Origin: an uncultured Ruminococcus sp.
Lineage (GTDB): Bacteria > Bacillota > Clostridia > Monoglobales > Monoglobaceae
DNA length: 64,000 nt
Direction: 5' to 3'
Assembly: GCA_902760955.1 (NCBI GenBank)
Contig: CACWIG010000006.1
Coordinates: 1,354 to 65,353, forward strand
Part shown: piece after piece, positions 41,195-49,125 of the stretch
Numbering within the stretch: position 1 is the stretch's first letter
Layout of the letters: the number at the start of each line of letters is the position of its first letter
Notes under the pieces: model-generated
Database searches by the model: none
Told to the model about the DNA's origin: nothing
The model's input: the letters and a program-made list of their open reading frames with translations, nothing else
Translations under genes and position numbers: made by a program

Positions 41195-41902
41195 CTATTT
41201 ATTTTTGTTTACTATTCTTGTTTCGTATTTGCCTGACTCTATATCTATGTATCTGACAAATAAAGAAACCTTGTTATCCTCGTTAAGACTATCCCAAAGC
41301 ATATGGCAGTATTCGTCTATATCGTCACTTACATCAACAGTTTTTGGCTCGCCCTTAAAACTCGGCAAAGGACTTCCGTCGCCCATATATGTATGTATGA
41401 AGTGACCCTCGCCGTTCTTAGGATTATAAAAACCAAATGTATTTCTTCTGCAGGATGACGGGTCGCCGTCCGCACTCTTTAAAATAGACATTGCATAGTT
41501 ATATGTTCCGTTTTCGATATGCATAATGCCCGAAATTCTCGGTGTGTAGTTCGGTGCATCGTCCTCAAACTCTCTTGTTCTCAATGCCTGTTCAAATGTC
41601 ATCTGCTTGTCCATCAATTCATATATTGTATCGGTCTGATCGCCGTTTGTAACTATTGTCTTATTGCCAAGGACACGAACAGGAGCATAAATAATAAGAT
41701 GCGGGTCTTCAAGCTTTGACTCGTCAAAGGCCTGAGTGCGTATTCCTTCCCCGTCTTCAACAAAAACTCTGTTACGGCTGTTTACACTTCTGCCCATTAT
41801 AAAATATGCTGTTACGGCATACTTGCCGTTAGGTGACTTTCCTATTATTATCCCCCTGCCGGGATATGAGTTATTCTTAAGCTCTTCTGAAACATTTATC
41901 AT
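41195..41902 (-). CDS. purO: IMP cyclohydrolase, archaeal PurO-like type
   Basis: 235 aa. NSYPGRGIIIGKSPNGKYAVTAYFIMGRSVNSRNRVF resembles the PurO-type IMP cyclohydrolase family. It sits between purN and the AICARFT gene. Confidence 0.75.
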   Translation of the reverse strand: MINVSEELKNNSYPGRGIIIGKSPNGKYAVTAYFIMGRSVNSRNRVFVEDGEGIRTQAFDESKLEDPHLIIYAPVRVLGNKTIVTNGDQTDTIYELMDKQMTFEQALRTREFEDDAPNYTPRISGIMHIENGTYNYAMSILKSADGDPSSCRRNTFGFYNPKNGEGHFIHTYMGDGSPLPSFKGEPKTVDVSDDIDEYCHMLWDSLNEDNKVSLFVRYIDIESGKYETRIVNKNK

Positions 41903-41928
41903 TTTAATCTCCTTCTCTGTTATAAAAA

Positions 41929-42522
41929 CTATTTAAGTGTTGAACACAGCTTTTCAACGGCTTCGGGTAAAATCTTCCATTCAGCCTCTTCCATTACTCT
42001 TCTCTGTAAGGTTTCGGCTGTGTCATCTTCGTTTATGTATACAGCCTTCTGCATAAGAATTTTACCGCCGTCGGTAATCTCATTTACAAGGTGAACAGTA
42101 GCACCCGTAACCTTAACACCATAATCAAGTGCCGCCTGGTGAACCTTTAATCCATAAAATCCATCACCGCAGAATGATGGTATCAGCGACGGATGAATAT
42201 TTACTATTCTGTCGCGATATGCGTCTATAAACTGCTTTCCGAGAATTGCGAGAAAACCTGCAAGCACGACAATATCAACATTCTTATTCTGCATATAATC
42301 TCTAAGAGCAACATCAAAAGCCTCAGAACTTCCGCACTCACGCTTTAAAATAACATTTGTATTTATACCTGCATTTTTTGCACGTTCAAGGGCATAGACA
42401 CCCTCTTTGTTTGATACAACTGTCACGATTTTACCGCTCTTTAAAATTCCGTTATTTTGCGCATCAATCAACGCTTGAAGGTTAGTTCCTCCGCCCGATA
42501 CGAGAACACCAATATTTAGCAT
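41929..42522 (-). CDS. purN: Phosphoribosylglycinamide formyltransferase
   Basis: [36 protein letters not shown] motifs. Confidence 0.9.
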   Translation of the reverse strand: MLNIGVLVSGGGTNLQALIDAQNNGILKSGKIVTVVSNKEGVYALERAKNAGINTNVILKRECGSSEAFDVALRDYMQNKNVDIVVLAGFLAILGKQFIDAYRDRIVNIHPSLIPSFCGDGFYGLKVHQAALDYGVKVTGATVHLVNEITDGGKILMQKAVYINEDDTAETLQRRVMEEAEWKILPEAVEKLCSTLK

Positions 42523-43553
42523 ATGTCCACGCCTTTCTCACCATTTACAATTTCGCCTACAACGGTGGCAGTTTCACCGCAAGCATTTATTGCCTCGATT
42601 GCTTTGTCAGCATCATTTTTAGGAACCGCAAGCATAAGACCGATACCCATATTATAGGTATTGAACATATCTCTTTCAGAAACATCGCCAAGTTTTTTAA
42701 TCATATCAAATATGGGCAATACCTCAAAGCTGTTCTTGTCTATTTTAGCTCTTGTACCTTCCTTTAACATTCTGGGAATATTCTCAATAAAGCCGCCACC
42801 TGTAATATGCGAAACAGCACGCACATCTGCCACATCTATTGCAGACAGCAATGGCTTAACATATATTTTGGTAGGTGTCAAAAGTGCCTCACCAATAGTT
42901 GAACCAAGCTCGTCACTATATGTATTAAGGCTTTTTTTACATTCAGCACTGTCATTGATGTTAAATACCTTTCTAACAAGTGAATATCCGTTTGAGTGAA
43001 CACCTGATGACTTTACACCGATAATCACATTACCTGCTTCAAGACGGCTGCCGTCAATTATCTTGTCCTTGTCGACAATACCGACAGAAAAACCTGCCAA
43101 ATCGTATTCGTCCTCAGGGTAGAAGCCGGGCATCTCAGCAGTTTCTCCGCCGATTAAAGCACAGCCTGCGGCAACACAGCCGTCAGCTACACCCTTAACA
43201 ATATCTGCAACCTTTTCGGGAATATTCTTACCAACTGCAATATAGTCAAGGAAGAACAATGGCTTTGCACCACCACACGCAATGTCATTTACACACATTG
43301 CAACACAGTCCTGACCGACTGTATCGTGCTTATCCATTAAGAAAGCAATTTTAAGTTTAGTTCCTACACCATCTGTTCCTGATACCAATACAGGATTTTT
43401 ATAACCTGTTCCGATTTCAAACAAGCCACCAAAACCGCCTATGCCCGAAATAACACCTGGGATATTTGTGCGTTTAACGTGCTCCTTCATAAGCTCAACC
43501 GCTTTATATCCTGCCTCTACATCTACGCCTGCATTTTTATATGCCTGACTCAT
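42516..43553 (-). CDS. purM: Phosphoribosylformylglycinamidine cyclo-ligase (AIR synthase)
   Basis: [29 protein letters not shown]. Confidence 0.95.
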   Translation of the reverse strand: MSQAYKNAGVDVEAGYKAVELMKEHVKRTNIPGVISGIGGFGGLFEIGTGYKNPVLVSGTDGVGTKLKIAFLMDKHDTVGQDCVAMCVNDIACGGAKPLFFLDYIAVGKNIPEKVADIVKGVADGCVAAGCALIGGETAEMPGFYPEDEYDLAGFSVGIVDKDKIIDGSRLEAGNVIIGVKSSGVHSNGYSLVRKVFNINDSAECKKSLNTYSDELGSTIGEALLTPTKIYVKPLLSAIDVADVRAVSHITGGGFIENIPRMLKEGTRAKIDKNSFEVLPIFDMIKKLGDVSERDMFNTYNMGIGLMLAVPKNDADKAIEAINACGETATVVGEIVNGEKGVDIC

Positions 43554-43581
43554 AATTATCCTCCGTTCTTCTTTTCTGATT

Positions 43582-44079
43582 TTATAAAGATTTTAATTCT
43601 TCCTGAAGAGCCGCATCCTTTTTGGCAACGGCATCTGCCATATCCTTTTTAAATTCTTCAAGCTTATTTGCCAAACTCTCATCAGATATTGCCAACATCT
43701 GTACTGCAAGTATACCTGCATTGTCAGCACCATTTACGCCAACAGTTGCAACAGGAATACCTGACGGCATCTGAACCATTGAAAGCAGAGAGTCCAATCC
43801 GTCCATAAATGATGATTTTATAGGGAGTGCAATAACAGGAACAGTTGTATACGCCGCAATAACACCGCCTAAGTGAGCCGCCTTGCCTGCCGCCGCAATG
43901 ATAACTGATATTCCGTTCTGCTTAGCCTTTTTTGCAAATTCTTCTGCGGCATACGGCGTTCTGTGTGCCGAAATAACTCTCGCCTCATAATCCACACCAA
44001 AATCTTTAAGAACCTCTATTGCACCCTTTACAACAGGAAGGTCTGAGTTACTTCCCATTATTATTGCAACCTTTGCCAT
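43582..44079 (-). CDS. purE: N5-carboxyaminoimidazole ribonucleotide mutase
   Basis: [27 protein letters not shown]. Confidence 0.95.
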   Translation of the reverse strand: MAKVAIIMGSNSDLPVVKGAIEVLKDFGVDYEARVISAHRTPYAAEEFAKKAKQNGISVIIAAAGKAAHLGGVIAAYTTVPVIALPIKSSFMDGLDSLLSMVQMPSGIPVATVGVNGADNAGILAVQMLAISDESLANKLEEFKKDMADAVAKKDAALQEELKSL

Positions 44080-44106
44080 TTTATCACATTCCTTTCAATA
44101 CTTTTC

Positions 44107-44562
44107 TTACTTATAATATAAATCCTTTTCTGTCAAATCTGCGACAGCCTCTAAATACATTTTTGCCTCTGCCTTAGCGTTTTCCATACTCAAGCTCTTG
44201 TAGTTTCCACATTCAACCTCACTGTTTCCGGGCATCTCACCGTCATAATCTATTATCTTCGCAAGGGAGTTCTTTATCAACTCTAAATTTTCTGCGTGGT
44301 TGTCAGACCTCATAAGCAAGTAAAAGCCTGTCTGACAACCCATAGGTCCGAAATAGATTACCTTATCCGCAAGCTCAGAATTTCTGACAACGGTTGCGAA
44401 CATATGTTCAAGAGAATGCATAGCGGAATTGGAAATCAAATCATCTGTATTCGGCTTTCTCATTCTCAGGTCATATGTGGTAATATCCCCGTCTATGCGT
44501 GATATATATACGCCTCTGTCAAGTTTTGTATGGTCAACTGTAAAACTCGCTATTTTCTTCAT
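44107..44562 (-). CDS. luxS: S-ribosylhomocysteine lyase
   Basis: SFTVDHTKL, metal motif HSLEHMFA, GPMGCQTGFY. Confidence 0.95.
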   Translation of the reverse strand: MKKIASFTVDHTKLDRGVYISRIDGDITTYDLRMRKPNTDDLISNSAMHSLEHMFATVVRNSELADKVIYFGPMGCQTGFYLLMRSDNHAENLELIKNSLAKIIDYDGEMPGNSEVECGNYKSLSMENAKAEAKMYLEAVADLTEKDLYYK

Positions 44563-44587
44563 ATATCAACATTTTCCTCCGAAAATT

Positions 44588-47500
44588 CTATTTGAAGTAT
44601 TTAACACCGCTTTCAAAAATCTTCTGATCCTTGTTACCAGGTATATTCTTAAATACGTTGTTCTTAAATCTCTCGGAATGTCCCATCTTACCTAAAACTC
44701 TGCCGTCAGGACTTGTTATACCCTCTATGGCATAGTACGAGCCGTTAGGATTGTAGGGCATCTCATAAGTTGGGTCACCGCAAGTGTCTACGTACTGCGT
44801 AGCAATCTGTCCGTTTTTCTCCATTTCAGCAATAACTTCAGGACTTGCAACAAATCTGCCCTCACCGTGAGATACTGCAATCTGATGAATGTCGCCAACC
44901 TCAACACCTGCAAACCAAGGTGATTTAACTGACGCAACCCTTGTTGATACAATACGTGATACGTGTCTGCCCAAGGTGTTAAATGTAAGTGTAGGACAGG
45001 AGCTGTCTGTCTGTCTTATTTCGCCGTAAGGCACAAGTCCCAATTTGATAAGTGCCTGGAAGCCGTTACAAATACCAAGCATCAAACCATCACGCTTGTT
45101 AAGCAGTGTCATAACAGCCTCTTTAATTCTCTCGTTCTCAAATGCCGCTTTGATAAACTTTCCTGACCCGTCAGGTTCGTCACCGCCGCTAAAGCCACCA
45201 GGCAACATAACTATTTGCGCATTGTTTATCTTTTCAACAAAGCTGTTGATTGATTGTTCAATATGTTCAGTCTTTAGATTTCTGAATATTTCAACATCTG
45301 CCACACCGCCCGCACGTTCAAAGGCACGCATTGAATCGTATTCGCAGTTGGTACCAGGGAATGCAGGAATAAATATTCTCGGTTTAGCGAATTTATCGTT
45401 TGGTACAATGTTTACTCTCTTTGTGTACTCAAACTTCTTCATTCCAACATCATCAAAGTCAGCCTTTGTTGCAAATACGCTCTCCAGTGGCTTTGTCCAC
45501 GCTGTTTCAATATCGTCAAGTGAGATTTCCTCACCAGCTATCTCAATCACAGACTCAATCATTGTATGACCTAATTTTACCACATCAATATTTTCGTTCA
45601 TAAAGCCTGTTGCACCCAAGCCTTTTACCTCTACGATAACGCTTCCGTATTTAGCTTTGAACAAGTCAGCTTTGTTACAACAATCAGTAAATTCAAAACC
45701 AATCTTGTTACCGAGAGCCATCTTACAGATACCCTCCATAGCACCGCCGTAGCCAACTGCCCAAGCAGATTGAATTAAACCGATTTTGTCATCACTAATC
45801 ATCATATAAAGCATATCATACAACTGCTTAAGACTATCAAAATCAGGCATATTATTTTCGTCATACTTAGGGCTTAACATAAACACAAGATTATTTGCAC
45901 CCTTGAACTCGTTAGACACAGCCTTTGATGCTGTAAGGGGTGCAACCGCAAATGACACAAGCGTTGGCGGAACATCTATATCATTGAATGAACCTGACAT
46001 ACTGTCCTTACCACCTATTGCACCAAGGCACAGCTTTTCTTGTGCGGTATAGGCACCAAGCAAAGATGCAAGAGGCTTACCCCAACGATTTTCGTCATTG
46101 CCCAATCTTTCAAAGTATTCCTGGAATGTCAGATAAATATCACTGTAATCCGCACCTGCAACAACCGCTCTTGTAACAGAGTCAACAACTGCATACATAG
46201 CACCGAGATATGGGTTTTTAGCGGATAGCTTAGGATTATATCCGTAAGCCATAACTGTTGCAGTATTTGTCTCCTTATGTATTGTAGGTATTTTGGCAAC
46301 CATATTCTGCTGAGGCGTCAACTGATGAATACCGCCGTATGGCATAAATACAGAACCTGCACCGATTGTACTGTCAAATCTCTCAACCAAGCCGTGCTGA
46401 GATGCTATATTCAAGTCGCCCATCATATTTATGATTTTCTCTTTATATGTGTCGCCTTCAGTTGCGAAATCAAACAAATCAGCCGAGAAATCACCCTTTG
46501 CAATATGAGCCTTGCTATGCTTCTCTGCGCCGTTTGTATTCAAAAAGTCACGGCTTATGTCGCATATGGTATTGCCTCTCCAACTCATTCTCAAACGATT
46601 TGTGTCTGTAACATTTGCAACGCATACCGCATCTAAATTCTCTTTGTCGGCCTCTGCAATAAACTTTTCTGCATCAGCAGCTCTTACAACGACTGCCATT
46701 CTTTCCTGTGACTCAGAAATTGCAAGTTCTGTGCCGTCAAGTCCGTCATACTTCTTAGGCACTTTGTCAAGGTTAATATCCAAGCCGTCAGCCAACTCAC
46801 CAACAGCAACGGAAACACCGCCTGCACCAAAGTCGTTACATCTTCTGATCATAGATGTAACTTCCTTCTTTCTGAATAATCTCTGGAGCTTTCTCTCTAC
46901 AGGCGGGTTACCCTTTTGAACCTCTGCACCGCAGGTTTCCAAAGACTCAGTATTATGCGCTTTTGAAGAACCTGTCGCACCGCCGCAGCCATCACGGCCT
47001 GTCATACCGCCAAGTAATATAACAACATCACCGCTCTCGGGTACTTCACGGATAACATTCTCCTTTGGAGCGGCAGCGATTACCGCACCTATCTCCATAC
47101 GCTTTGCAATGTAGCCCTCATCATAAATCTCGTTTACATTACCTGTTGCAAGTCCGATTTGGTTACCATATGAGCTATATCCCTGTGCGGCACCAACTGT
47201 AATCTTTCTCTGAGGAAGCTTGCCGTTTAATGTTTCCTTAAGGCTCTTTCTCGGGTCGCCGCTACCTGTAACTCTCATAGCCTGATATACATAGGAACGT
47301 CCTGACAACGGGTCGCGGATAGCACCGCCTAAACAGGTTGCCGCACCGCCGAATGGTTCAATTTCGGTTGGATGGTTGTGAGTTTCATTCTTGAACATAA
47401 CAAGCCAATCCTCTTGGGTTCCGTCCTCCATATCTACCTTTACATTTATACTGCAAGCATTGATTTCCTCGGACTCGTCAAGGGCTTTAAGATAACCCTT

Positions 47501-48346
47501 CTTTTTAAGTTCCTTAACAGCAATCGTTGCAAGGTCCATCAAGCACAGATTTTTCATTTTTCTGCCCTGGTATACATATTCACGTGATTTCTGATATTCT
47601 GCAAAAGCCTTGTCTATAATTTCATCATCAATTTTAACCTCATCTAAAATAGTGGAGAAGGTTGTGTGTCTGCAATGGTCAGACCAATATGTGTCAATCA
47701 TTCTTATCTCAGTAACGGTCGGATTTCTCTTCTCTGTATCTTTAAAATAAGTACGGCAGAAGCATATGTCGTCATAATCCATTGCAAGTCCCATATCGGC
47801 AATCATAGCTTTAAGCTCAGACTCACCCATATCAATAAAGCCATCAATGGTTTTAACATCATCAGGCATTTCAATCTTATCATTAAGTGTATCGGGAAGT
47901 TCAAAGCTTGCACGTCTTGACTCAACGGGGTTTATGGTATAATCTGCGGCAGCTTCCAAATCTGCATCGCTTACCTCACCAATCAGAACAATTATTTTAG
48001 CCGTTCTTACAAGGGGCTTGTCCGCACCTGTCATAATCTGCACACATTGTGCGGCACTGTCGGCTCTCTGGTCGTACTGACCGGGCAGATATTCCATTGC
48101 AAAATACTTACCCTCCTGTATAGTGATTTCATCAAATACAACATTGTCCACCTGAGGTTCAGCAAAAACTGTATCACAGGTCAATTCAATATCCGCATCA
48201 GACATACCCTCTATGTCATAGCGGTTAATAACACGCACCCCTTTAATACCGCTAAGTCCCAAATTTTCTCTCAGGTCACGGCACATAGCACCTGCTTCAA
48301 TATCAAAGCCTTTTTTCTTCTCTACAAAAAGTCTTTTTACTGCCAT
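44588..48346 (-). CDS. purL: Phosphoribosylformylglycinamidine synthase, single-chain large form
   Basis: 1252 aa. Fused PurS-like N-terminus, FGAM synthase core (NHPTEIEPFGGAATCLGGAIRD) and C-terminal glutaminase (GICNGFQ..., SHGEGRF). Confidence 0.95.
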   Translation of the reverse strand: MAVKRLFVEKKKGFDIEAGAMCRDLRENLGLSGIKGVRVINRYDIEGMSDADIELTCDTVFAEPQVDNVVFDEITIQEGKYFAMEYLPGQYDQRADSAAQCVQIMTGADKPLVRTAKIIVLIGEVSDADLEAAADYTINPVESRRASFELPDTLNDKIEMPDDVKTIDGFIDMGESELKAMIADMGLAMDYDDICFCRTYFKDTEKRNPTVTEIRMIDTYWSDHCRHTTFSTILDEVKIDDEIIDKAFAEYQKSREYVYQGRKMKNLCLMDLATIAVKELKKKGYLKALDESEEINACSINVKVDMEDGTQEDWLVMFKNETHNHPTEIEPFGGAATCLGGAIRDPLSGRSYVYQAMRVTGSGDPRKSLKETLNGKLPQRKITVGAAQGYSSYGNQIGLATGNVNEIYDEGYIAKRMEIGAVIAAAPKENVIREVPESGDVVILLGGMTGRDGCGGATGSSKAHNTESLETCGAEVQKGNPPVERKLQRLFRKKEVTSMIRRCNDFGAGGVSVAVGELADGLDINLDKVPKKYDGLDGTELAISESQERMAVVVRAADAEKFIAEADKENLDAVCVANVTDTNRLRMSWRGNTICDISRDFLNTNGAEKHSKAHIAKGDFSADLFDFATEGDTYKEKIINMMGDLNIASQHGLVERFDSTIGAGSVFMPYGGIHQLTPQQNMVAKIPTIHKETNTATVMAYGYNPKLSAKNPYLGAMYAVVDSVTRAVVAGADYSDIYLTFQEYFERLGNDENRWGKPLASLLGAYTAQEKLCLGAIGGKDSMSGSFNDIDVPPTLVSFAVAPLTASKAVSNEFKGANNLVFMLSPKYDENNMPDFDSLKQLYDMLYMMISDDKIGLIQSAWAVGYGGAMEGICKMALGNKIGFEFTDCCNKADLFKAKYGSVIVEVKGLGATGFMNENIDVVKLGHTMIESVIEIAGEEISLDDIETAWTKPLESVFATKADFDDVGMKKFEYTKRVNIVPNDKFAKPRIFIPAFPGTNCEYDSMRAFERAGGVADVEIFRNLKTEHIEQSINSFVEKINNAQIVMLPGGFSGGDEPDGSGKFIKAAFENERIKEAVMTLLNKRDGLMLGICNGFQALIKLGLVPYGEIRQTDSSCPTLTFNTLGRHVSRIVSTRVASVKSPWFAGVEVGDIHQIAVSHGEGRFVASPEVIAEMEKNGQIATQYVDTCGDPTYEMPYNPNGSYYAIEGITSPDGRVLGKMGHSERFKNNVFKNIPGNKDQKIFESGVKYFK

Positions 48347-48373
48347 ATAAATTCATCCTTCCATTACATATAA

Positions 48374-48408
48374 CTAAAACAGGGAGTCGGTATACACCAA
48401 CTCCCCGC
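48374..48408 (-). terminator. Intrinsic terminator inside the purL leader (attenuator)
   Basis: Minus strand reads GGGAGUUGG-UGUAUA-CCGACUCCC-UGUUUUAG. It ends about 27 nt upstream of the purL ATG. Confidence 0.6.
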
Positions 48409-48596
48409 AAAAATTTACAATAATTCTCTGCACTTTGCCTCAAAAGACGCAATATTAGCGTCGCACAGATAAACGTATTTAAAAGATATCATATTATTGT
48501 TTTTCATCACATTGTAATTTACAAATCTCATCTTAAAAAATCCGTCCTCTCTGTATTTATTCATTACCTTTGCACCATATAAAAGTAACCTTAATT

Positions 48597-48625
48597 AGTA
48601 TAACACAAGGATTGCATAAATGCAA
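48597..48625 (-). promoter_or_regulatory. Candidate sigma-A promoter of the pur operon
   Basis: Minus strand reads TTGCAT (48625-48620), 17 nt, TATACT (48602-48597). Confidence 0.5.
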
Positions 48626-48711
48626 ATATAATATTAAAGATTTTGTAAATTTGTGCATTTTTTATGTATTAATACACATAAGTTACAATTCGTTGTATAA
48701 ATATATATGTC

Positions 48712-48742
48712 AAAAAAAACAGCGGAGCAATAACTCCGCCGT
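48712..48742 (-). terminator. Intrinsic terminator of abrB
   Basis: Minus strand reads ACGGCGGAG-UUAUUG-CUCCGCUGU followed by UUUUUUUU. Confidence 0.7.
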
Positions 48743-48751
48743 TTTTAAGTA

Positions 48752-48994
48752 CTATTCGTTTTTGAGCTTTTCTATGCACTCGCGACATATACGCTTGTCC
48801 ATATAGTTTACAACCTCGTTAGCACTTCCGCAGAAAATGCAGGCAGGCTCATACTTTCTCAGTATGATGCTATCACCATCTACATAAATTTCCAAAGGGT
48901 CTTTGCGATCAATTTTAAATATCTCTCTTAACTCCTTTGGTAAAACAATCCTTCCCAGTTCGTCAACCTTCCTTACTATTCCGGTACTCTTCAT
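48752..48994 (-). CDS. abrB: Transition-state regulator AbrB (SpoVT/AbrB swapped-hairpin domain)
   Basis: MKSTGIVRKVDELGRIVLPKELR.., with a C-terminal Cys pair (CIFCGS...CRECIEKL) as in clostridial AbrB. Confidence 0.85.
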   Translation of the reverse strand: MKSTGIVRKVDELGRIVLPKELREIFKIDRKDPLEIYVDGDSIILRKYEPACIFCGSANEVVNYMDKRICRECIEKLKNE

Positions 48995-49060
48995 ACAATT
49001 TACCTCCTTTCTATGAATTTTACTTTATTTGTTAAGTATTAACAAATATTTACATTTCAG

Positions 49061-49089
49061 ATTATAATCCTTAATATTTCATTTGTCAA
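49061..49089 (-). promoter_or_regulatory. Consensus sigma-A promoter of abrB
   Basis: Minus strand reads TTGACA (49089-49084), 17 nt, TATAAT (49066-49061). Confidence 0.6.
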
Positions 49090-49125
49090 CCCTTTTTTTG
49101 ATATTTTTTCTATTTTTTGTAAATT

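Noticed and set aside
44963-48373. Multiple long + strand ORFs inside purL (for example 45045-45569, 46512-46919 and 48047-48373). Similar antisense ORFs occur in gyrA (35060-36727), gerAA (51189-51662), addA (27275-27652, 28562-29155), GH36 (217-687) and others.
   Set aside because: They are entirely nested antisense or out of frame within strongly supported conserved genes. They have low-complexity Ser/Leu/Ile-rich composition and no RBS, so they are shadow ORFs.
48347-48590. A guanine/adenine riboswitch upstream of purL, as expected from Bacillus and Clostridium pur operons.
   Set aside because: I looked for the conserved junction and loop sequences and for 7-bp P2/P3 stems with kissing loops, and found none. 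The region is reported as an unclassified leader instead.
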